This document shows, one piece after another, positions 25,809 through 32,000 of a DNA stretch of 32,000 nt (within the stretch, counting starts at the first letter, position 1; every line of letters starts with the position of its first letter). The stretch is from Galbibacter marinus (GTDB taxonomy: Bacteria > Bacteroidota > Bacteroidia > Flavobacteriales > Flavobacteriaceae), in the NCBI RefSeq assembly GCF_000300875.1, contig NZ_AMSG01000002.1:117842-149841 (forward strand). Direction: 5' to 3'. The notes beneath the pieces were generated by a model, which had not been told where the DNA came from, searched no databases, and saw nothing but the letters and a program-made list of their open reading frames with translations. The translations under genes and the position numbers were made by a program.

Positions 25809-26333
25809 ATGTGCAGTATATGTATGGAGAATGAAGATTTTCAAAAACATTTAGAACAACTTCCTCTGCTTGCCAAGAAGAAGCATGCTGAAAATAAAAA
25901 GTATTTTGCTAAGCTAAAAAAGAAGCCGCCTAAGGACTTAGATTACCAAATGCAGGAGTTACACCAACAGACCTTTGCTCATACCAATTGTCTTGAGTGT
26001 GCCAATTGTTGTAAGACGACAGGGCCTTTATTTACAAGTGCTGATATTACTCGGATTTCCAAACATCTGAAAATGAAGGAGCAACAATTTATAGCTACTT
26101 ATTTGCAAATTGATGAGGATAATGATTATGTATTAAAAGAGTTACCTTGTTCCTTTTTAGACCACCAGAACTACTGTATGATATATGATGTACGTCCAAA
26201 AGCATGTCGTGAATACCCCCATACGGATCGAAAAAAGTTTCATCAAATCGCATCTCTTACCATTAAAAACACCGCTATTTGTCCTGCAGCCTATGAGATT
26301 GTTGAAAAGATGAAAAAGAATTTACCGATGTAG
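25809..26333 (+). CDS. YkgJ family cysteine-cluster protein (UPF0153)
   Basis: CLECANCCKT cluster plus downstream Cys residues and CREYPHTDR. An alternative start is the ATG at 25824 (MENEDF...). Confidence 0.8.
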   Translation: MCSICMENEDFQKHLEQLPLLAKKKHAENKKYFAKLKKKPPKDLDYQMQELHQQTFAHTNCLECANCCKTTGPLFTSADITRISKHLKMKEQQFIATYLQIDEDNDYVLKELPCSFLDHQNYCMIYDVRPKACREYPHTDRKKFHQIASLTIKNTAICPAAYEIVEKMKKNLPM

Positions 26334-26408
26334 ATTAGTCTTTTTCCCTTTAATTTCTAAGGCTCTTTATCACCCTATATTTTTTGGGAAAAAATAGTAT
26401 ATTGTGGT

Positions 26409-27242
26409 ATGCAACAGTTGATTGACTATTTTGAGACCATACCATCCTGGGTGAGGAGTTTGATTCTTGTCGGGGGCATTACTTTTTTTTGGGTTTTGGA
26501 GTATGGAGTGCCACTTTTTAATTTCAACTACAAAAAAGTTCGGCATGCCATCCCCAATATTTTCTTTACCCTGACCACTGTTGTGGTTAATTTCTTGCTC
26601 GCTTTTTTACTTTTAAAAAGCAGTGATTGGGTGAGTGAACATGAATTTGGGATTATCCACTTATTTCCCCTACCACTTTGGGCTAGTGTTCTCATAGGTT
26701 TATTGGTTTTAGACTTTGTTGGTGCATGGCTAGCGCATTGGGTACAACATAAAATTAAACCCCTTTGGATGTTTCATTTGATTCATCACACCGATAATTT
26801 TGTGGATACCACCACAGCCAACAGACACCATCCAGGGGAGAGCGTGATTCGTTTCTTTTTTACCCTTTTAGGAGTTCTTGTGGGAGGGTTGCCAATTGGT
26901 ATAGTTTTGCTTTATCAATCCCTTTCAGTTGTTTTCGCCCAACTTACCCATGCCAATATACGGTTGCCCAAAAAATTAGATACAGCCATTAGCTGGATCT
27001 TAGTTTCTCCTGATATGCATAAGGTTCATCACCACTATAAGTTGCCTTATACCGACACTAATTACGGAAATATTTTTTCCATATGGGATCGTTTATTAGG
27101 AACCTTTTCTGCCATGAAAAATGAGGATCTTATCTACGGTATAGATACCTATCCCGATGTAGACTCCAACACACATGTTGGCAGGTTACTAAAACTTCCA
27201 TTTAATAAATACAGAGCACCCGATGGCGGGAAATTTGAGTAG
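26409..27242 (+). CDS. Fatty acid hydroxylase / sterol desaturase family membrane protein
   Basis: Histidine boxes HWVQH, HLIHH and HKVHHH in a membrane protein. Confidence 0.85.
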   Translation: MQQLIDYFETIPSWVRSLILVGGITFFWVLEYGVPLFNFNYKKVRHAIPNIFFTLTTVVVNFLLAFLLLKSSDWVSEHEFGIIHLFPLPLWASVLIGLLVLDFVGAWLAHWVQHKIKPLWMFHLIHHTDNFVDTTTANRHHPGESVIRFFFTLLGVLVGGLPIGIVLLYQSLSVVFAQLTHANIRLPKKLDTAISWILVSPDMHKVHHHYKLPYTDTNYGNIFSIWDRLLGTFSAMKNEDLIYGIDTYPDVDSNTHVGRLLKLPFNKYRAPDGGKFE

Positions 27243-27257
27243 AGATTTTAAGAGTTA

Positions 27258-28493
27258 CTACTCTTTGTAGATAAGGTACTTTTTTCTAATTTCTTTAAAG
27301 TGGTCTAAATCTTGTTTCCAACTCATGCTTATTTCCCCAGCGCTTAGACCATTTTCAATTTGTTTTTGAAGCTGTGCCGTTCCAGCATGTTTAGTAAAGG
27401 ATGAGGTTCGGAAAAACTTTGATTTATCAGTGCTATGCTCATAGGCCTCTATGATCCAGCTTAGATCAACCTTTTTTGGCGGAGTGATTTGGCTTAAGTC
27501 TTTTCCGAAGCATAAATCCCCGTTGTGTTTCGGGTCTTTTGAGCCAAAATTGGGTTTAGGAGTATAGGTGAAGGTAAAGAATTGTTTGTCTAAAAATGGT
27601 GCTCCAAAGCGTTGAAATTGATATTCAGTTCCTCTTCCAGCATTAACATGTGTCCCTTCAAATAGCCCGAGACTTGGATAGAGCTCAACGGATTGGTCAT
27701 TGGGTAAGTTAGGGGAAGGGCGAATAGGGAGGCTATAACTAGAGTGGTGAGTGTAGTTTTTTAAAGGAATCACAGTCAAATCACATTGTACACCTTCCTT
27801 AAGCCACTTTTCTCCATTGAGCATTGTGGCATATTCACCAATGGTTAGCCCGTAGACTAAGGGAATTGGAACTAGACCTAAAAAGCTACTGTTTTCAAGC
27901 TCTAATATTGGGCCATCGACAAAGGATCCATTGGGATTTGGTCGATCTAATACAATTACCGGAATATTTTTCTCAGCACATGCTTCCATCACCAGGTGAA
28001 GGGTTGAGGTATAAGTATAAAAGCGCACTCCCACATCTTGAATATCGAATATCATGAGTTCAATTCCTTCTAACTGCTCTGCACTTGGCTTTCTTGAATC
28101 ACCATAAAGTGATACTATGGGAAGACCCGTTTTGGTGTCTTTGTTCCCTACCACGTGCTCTCCTGCATCAGCCTCTCCTCTAAATCCGTGCTCGGGCGAA
28201 TATATTTTTTGAACCTTTACATCCATCGCTAGTAGAGAATCTACCAAATGAGTGTAAGTCTCATCATTTTTAAAAATTACCGAAGTATTATTGGCTACCA
28301 CACCTACTTTTTTATTCCCTATCAGGGAACGGTACTGGGCGGTTTGGTTGGCGCCTACAATAATTTGTTTTGGGGTAGTACGATTGTCCTTTTCCACCGC
28401 CTTTGTTTTTTGTTTTTGGCTACCATTTGCACACGAAATGATGAGTAAAAACGATAATAATAATGTACTTTTGAATATCTTAAAGTTTCGCAT
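27258..28493 (-). CDS. DUF1343 family lipoprotein (exo-beta-N-acetylmuramidase NamZ-like)
   Basis: Lipobox LLIISC, and family motifs VGVVANNTS, YSPEHGFRG, FDIQDVGVRFYTY, LDRPNPNG and PLVYGLTIGE. Confidence 0.85.
   Translation of the reverse strand: MRNFKIFKSTLLLSFLLIISCANGSQKQKTKAVEKDNRTTPKQIIVGANQTAQYRSLIGNKKVGVVANNTSVIFKNDETYTHLVDSLLAMDVKVQKIYSPEHGFRGEADAGEHVVGNKDTKTGLPIVSLYGDSRKPSAEQLEGIELMIFDIQDVGVRFYTYTSTLHLVMEACAEKNIPVIVLDRPNPNGSFVDGPILELENSSFLGLVPIPLVYGLTIGEYATMLNGEKWLKEGVQCDLTVIPLKNYTHHSSYSLPIRPSPNLPNDQSVELYPSLGLFEGTHVNAGRGTEYQFQRFGAPFLDKQFFTFTYTPKPNFGSKDPKHNGDLCFGKDLSQITPPKKVDLSWIIEAYEHSTDKSKFFRTSSFTKHAGTAQLQKQIENGLSAGEISMSWKQDLDHFKEIRKKYLIYKE
28466..28473 (+). promoter_or_regulatory. 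Candidate -7 box (TACTTTTG) for the LolC/E-like gene, embedded in the namZ-like coding sequence
   Basis: Exact TAnnTTTG ending 24 nt before the TTG start at 28497. It lies inside the codons for the divergent gene's signal peptide. Confidence 0.3.
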
Positions 28494-28496
28494 AGT

Positions 28497-29732
28497 TTGA
28501 ATTTAGAATATTTTATTGCTAAACGCCTCATAAAAGGAGGGGGACATAAAAATAGTATATCGGCACCAATTATAAAAATTGCAATTTCCGCTATTGCACT
28601 TGGTTTGGTGATGATGCTTATTGCTATTGCCACTGGTGTGGGTCTACAGCATAAAATTAGAGAAAAAATTGCTGCCTTCAACGGGCATGTGCAAATTTAC
28701 AACTATGACAATAACAATTCAGAGGTTTCTGTAAACCCTGTTTCAATACATCAAGATTTCTATCCAGAGTTTAAATCAATTGACGGGATTAACCACGTTC
28801 AGGCTGTAGCTGCCAAAGGAGGTATTATACGAACTGAAAGTACCTTTGAAGGGATTATAGCAAAAGGTGTAGGAAAGGATTTTAACTGGGAGCCTTTTAA
28901 GGAATTTTTAGTTCAAGGAAGACTACCTAACTATTCAGAAAAACGAAATGAAGAAGTACTCATATCGTCCTATTTGGCCAATCGTTTAGGCTTTGAAGTT
29001 GGAACGGAGTTTTGGGCATTTTTTCTTAAAGATGATGTCGATGACATCCCTAATCAAATCAAGTTTTCAATAGTTGGTATTTATGATAGTGGTTTTCAGG
29101 ATTTTGACGCTAACTATTTATTTGCTGATCTCAGACATATTCAAAGGATGAACGGGTGGTCGGCAGACCAAGTTGGATCATTCGAGGTTTTTATAGATGA
29201 CTTTGATAAGATCAGAGAAATGAGTAGGGCCATTTATGGTGTTACGCTCTCTACTTTAGACTCCCAAAGTATTGCAGATAAGTATTTTACGATTTTTGAA
29301 TGGCTTTCCCTTTTTGACTTTAATATTGCTATCATTATCGGTATTATGATTATCGTTGGAGGGATTAATATGATAACAGCCTTACTTGTTTTGATTCTCG
29401 AACGTACTCAAATGATTGGTATTTTAAAGGCTTTAGGGTGTAGCAATTGGAGTATTAGAAAACTATTCCTCTACAATGCTGTTTATTTAATTGCAATTGG
29501 GCTTTTTTGGGGTAACCTCATTGGTTTAGGACTTCTCTGGCTTCAAGACACCTTCGGTTTGGTTTCCTTAGATCCGGCCTCTTATTATGTGTCTCAGGCT
29601 CCTGTTTATATTCAACCAATGCATATAGTAGTGTTAAATATTGGCGTATTAGTACTTTGCTCACTAATGTTGCTACTTCCATCCTATATTATCACTAAAA
29701 TTTCACCAGCTCGTTCCATTAAATTTGAGTAA
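28497..29732 (+). CDS. FtsX-like ABC transporter permease (LolC/LolE family)
   Basis: N-terminus LEYFIAKRLIKGG, a large periplasmic loop between TM1 and TM2, and the C-terminal FtsX motif ILKALGCSN. Only a TTG start is available (the in-frame stop is at 28461-28463). Confidence 0.85.
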   Translation: MNLEYFIAKRLIKGGGHKNSISAPIIKIAISAIALGLVMMLIAIATGVGLQHKIREKIAAFNGHVQIYNYDNNNSEVSVNPVSIHQDFYPEFKSIDGINHVQAVAAKGGIIRTESTFEGIIAKGVGKDFNWEPFKEFLVQGRLPNYSEKRNEEVLISSYLANRLGFEVGTEFWAFFLKDDVDDIPNQIKFSIVGIYDSGFQDFDANYLFADLRHIQRMNGWSADQVGSFEVFIDDFDKIREMSRAIYGVTLSTLDSQSIADKYFTIFEWLSLFDFNIAIIIGIMIIVGGINMITALLVLILERTQMIGILKALGCSNWSIRKLFLYNAVYLIAIGLFWGNLIGLGLLWLQDTFGLVSLDPASYYVSQAPVYIQPMHIVVLNIGVLVLCSLMLLLPSYIITKISPARSIKFE

Positions 29733-29808
29733 ATAACACAGTATTGTTTTGTAACCAATAGGTGTTTTCTGGATTATTTAGTAACTTCCATTAAATTCAA
29801 CCAACACC

Positions 29809-30888
29809 ATGAAAAGAAGACATTTTATTCAGTCCACTGGAATGATCGCGGCTTCTGCGTTTTTAGCCTCACCCAGTTACTTATTTGCCAAAAAGAGGCG
29901 CAAATTAGGAGTAGCATTAGTCGGCTTAGGATACTATAGTACTGACCTATTAGCTCCAGCATTACAACTTACCCAGCATTGTGAGCTCAAAGCCATTGTT
30001 ACAGGAAGTCCAGAGAAGATCCCTATTTGGCAAACCAAGTATGGTATTCAGGACAAGAACGTATACAATTACCAAAACATGCATACTATGGCAGATAATG
30101 ATGCCATCGATGTGGTTTATATTGTTCTTCCTCCTGCATTGCATGCTAAATACAGCATTATTGCTGCAAATGCTGGTAAACATGTATGGTGTGAAAAACC
30201 CATGGAAATAAGCGCAAAAAAATGCCAATCCATCATAGATGCTTGCGCAAAGAATAATGTTAAGCTATCCATCGGTTATCGCATGCACCATGAGCCCAAT
30301 ACACAAAAGCTAATGCATTGGGCAAAGACAACTCCCTATGGGAAAATCAACCATGTCTATGCGGAGGCTGGATATTTTGAGAGCCGAATTTCCCACTGGA
30401 AACAAATCAAAGAACTAGGTGGAGGAGCAATGTATGATATGGGGGTTTATCCACTCAATGCCATCAGATATACCAAAGCAATGGAACCAATTGCAGTGCG
30501 CGCCAAACATCAAACCACCAGACCAGAAATTTATCATGAGGTCGACGAGACAACCTTGTTTGATTTTAAATTTGAAGATGGTTCCACGGCAAGTGGAAAA
30601 ACAAGTTTTGGGGAGAATATTAATAATTTAGAAGCTGATTGCAATTCAGGAAATTATTACTTGCGCCCATTCCAATCTTATACGGGGGTGTCCGGAGCTT
30701 CAAGCGATGGAACTGTTCTTAATGCCTTTCAAGGAAACCAACAAGCCAAACAAATGGATACTGATGCGTTAGCTATTTTGCAAAACAAAGAAGTTTTAGT
30801 TCCTGGGATTGAAGGATTAAAAGATATTGCCATTGTGGAGCAAATATACAAGTCTGCTAACAACAACGGAGAATGGATCACCTTATAA
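29809..30888 (+). CDS. Gfo/Idh/MocA family oxidoreductase with a twin-arginine signal
   Basis: MKRRHFIQSTGMIAASAFLA TAT-type signal, the Rossmann motif VALVGLGYYS and an EKP motif (WCEKPME). Confidence 0.85.
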   Translation: MKRRHFIQSTGMIAASAFLASPSYLFAKKRRKLGVALVGLGYYSTDLLAPALQLTQHCELKAIVTGSPEKIPIWQTKYGIQDKNVYNYQNMHTMADNDAIDVVYIVLPPALHAKYSIIAANAGKHVWCEKPMEISAKKCQSIIDACAKNNVKLSIGYRMHHEPNTQKLMHWAKTTPYGKINHVYAEAGYFESRISHWKQIKELGGGAMYDMGVYPLNAIRYTKAMEPIAVRAKHQTTRPEIYHEVDETTLFDFKFEDGSTASGKTSFGENINNLEADCNSGNYYLRPFQSYTGVSGASSDGTVLNAFQGNQQAKQMDTDALAILQNKEVLVPGIEGLKDIAIVEQIYKSANNNGEWITL

Positions 30889-31017
30889 TACTGAACATGT
30901 TGATTTTGAGTTAAATAATACTTAAAAGAATTGTGGTTTACTATATAATTCGTTAACTTAGGAATCAGATTAAAGACCCCAAATAGAAATTAATTATTAA
31001 TCTTTAAATCAGTTATT

Positions 31018-31149
31018 ATGGGGCAAGAATTACATCATGATTCACCTGTATTAATCTATGCACTTAAAGCTTTAGTCTTTTTATTGATTGCAGTTTTATC
31101 TGGAGTTGTAATCTCCACAGTGCTTGCTATTTTAGGCATTTTGAATTAG
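31018..31149 (+). CDS. Possible 43-aa single-TM small membrane protein
   Basis: My own translation is MGQELHHDSPVLIYALKALVFLLIAVLSGVVISTVLAILGILN. One strongly hydrophobic helix, and the ORF is followed by a good terminator. It is below the ORF-track length cut-off and has no homology support. Confidence 0.35.
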   Translation: MGQELHHDSPVLIYALKALVFLLIAVLSGVVISTVLAILGILN

Positions 31150-31175
31150 ATTATTGTACGGATAGAATCCATAAA

Positions 31176-31211
31176 AGTTCTTAATCTATTAGTAGGTTAA
31201 GGACTTTTTTG
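31176..31211 (+). terminator. Rho-independent terminator
   Basis: 9-bp stem AGTTCTTAA / TTAAGGACT (one G-U pair), 12-nt loop, followed by a T-run. Confidence 0.55.
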
Positions 31212-31333
31212 CTTTAATTGTAATTTTTTTTTGAGACTAAATAAAATAGTTTCAAATTTGTCAAAACTGCTTGGATGATTTCTCTCCAATAAGAAGGAAT
31301 AGTAAAGTATCACATTTAAATTAGAATTTCACA

Positions 31334-32000
31334 ATGTCAGTATTGGAAAAATTAAGTTCTCAAGGTGCTATTGCACTCGAAGAAAAGTATGGTGCGCATA
31401 ACTATCACCCTTTACCAGTTGTTTTAACCAAAGGCGAAGGGGTTTATATGTGGGATGTTGAAGGAAAAAAATATTACGATTTCCTCTCAGCCTACTCGGC
31501 CGTAAACCAAGGCCATTGTCATCCTCGTATTTTGGATGCTTTGATCCAACAATCCAAGAGTCTCCACCTTACCTCAAGAGCATTTTACAATGATATGTTA
31601 GGGCGTTTTGAGTCCTATGTGACATCATTCTTTGGGTTCGATAAGGTACTGCCTATGAATACTGGGGCAGAAGCCGTGGAAACAGCTATAAAAATATGTA
31701 GGAAATGGGCTTATGAGAAAAAGAACATTCCTGAACAGCAAGCAAAAATTATCGTATGTGAAAATAACTTTCACGGTAGAACAACAACAATCATTTCATT
31801 TTCTAATGATCCTGATGCTCGGAAGAATTTTGGGCCGTATACCCCTGGATTTGTAAAAATACCATATGATGATCTTACAGCCCTTGAAAAAGTGCTTAAA
31901 GAGGAAGAACACATAGCTGGATTTTTAGTCGAACCTATACAGGGTGAAGCTGGAGTTTATGTGCCATCTGAGGGGTATTTAAAACAGGCAAAACAACTTT
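31334..32000 (+). CDS. rocD: Ornithine--oxo-acid aminotransferase (partial, continues beyond the window)
   Basis: My own translation is [64 protein letters not shown]..., a typical class-III aminotransferase of RocD/OAT type. The frame stays open to the window end. Confidence 0.9.
   Translation, partial: MSVLEKLSSQGAIALEEKYGAHNYHPLPVVLTKGEGVYMWDVEGKKYYDFLSAYSAVNQGHCHPRILDALIQQSKSLHLTSRAFYNDMLGRFESYVTSFFGFDKVLPMNTGAEAVETAIKICRKWAYEKKNIPEQQAKIIVCENNFHGRTTTIISFSNDPDARKNFGPYTPGFVKIPYDDLTALEKVLKEEEHIAGFLVEPIQGEAGVYVPSEGYLKQAKQL

Noticed and set aside
25702-25809. 35-codon ORF (MISFGKYGELLGFMERLFTNLKDRGFPAIVVWYNG) whose TAA overlaps the first ATG of ykgJ as TAATG.
   Set aside because: The likely true YkgJ start is the ATG at 25824 (MENEDF...), so the overlap may be meaningless. 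The peptide has no distinctive features, and I cannot assess conservation.
28355-28681. 108-codon minus-strand ORF spanning the NamZ-like/LolC/E-like junction, plus the plus-strand ORFs 28248..28500.
   Set aside because: They overlap the N-termini of two well-supported genes. The real genes have a lipobox signal and FtsX-family features respectively.
1-32000. Looked for CRISPR arrays, long tandem or interspersed repeats, tRNA, rRNA, tmRNA, RNase P or SRP RNA signatures in all intergenic gaps.
   Set aside because: No regularly spaced repeats, cloverleaf-like GC-rich segments or conserved ncRNA cores were seen by eye. The gaps are AT-rich promoter and terminator DNA. Formal tRNAscan, Rfam and repeat scans were not possible here.

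Overview
AT-rich, densely packed chromosomal segment that looks like core genome of a Flavobacteriia (Bacteroidota) bacterium. Support for that placement: a T9SS C-terminal sorting-domain protein, several exact TAnnTTTG -7 type boxes, and the gene content. I support about 34 protein-coding genes, mostly housekeeping. They are sucC, a CysH-type sulfonucleotide reductase, Hsp20, uvrB with a barstar-like gene, an ABC ATPase plus ABC-2 permease pair, and a co-directional string tsaC-cca-ctaA-MM3350-like-NdpA-like-DUF2200. There is also an LPS-core-like cluster of three GT2 glycosyltransferases plus an epimerase, then dapD, ruvX, def, mazG, a MATE exporter, a PAP2 phosphatase, a SAM methyltransferase, YkgJ, a fatty-acid hydroxylase family protein, a DUF1343/NamZ-like lipoprotein, a LolC/E-like permease, a TAT-exported Gfo/Idh/MocA oxidoreductase and a partial rocD. 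By eye I saw no rRNA, tRNA, CRISPR array, transposase, integrase or recognisable defence gene. I cannot point to a convincing new multi-gene system, and the window looks largely ordinary. The leads worth a second look, all moderate or low interest: (1) an orphan barstar-family gene translationally coupled to uvrB; (2) a structured 210-nt spacer with a GC-rich hairpin and a 39-codon ORF inside the ABC operon; (3) a 359-aa uncharacterised protein with a protein-kinase-like motif pattern; (4) the DUF2200 / NdpA-like / MM3350-like trio, the last with a hyper-acidic tail; (5) G7 tracts inside a glycosyltransferase gene and a PAP2 gene; (6) an 11-nt palindromic motif shared by two divergent promoter regions; (7) unusual gene packing, namely overlapping convergent stops, 3-bp head-to-head genes and several genes with no ATG start option. 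All calls rest on reading the sequence and recalled family signatures. No database search was run.
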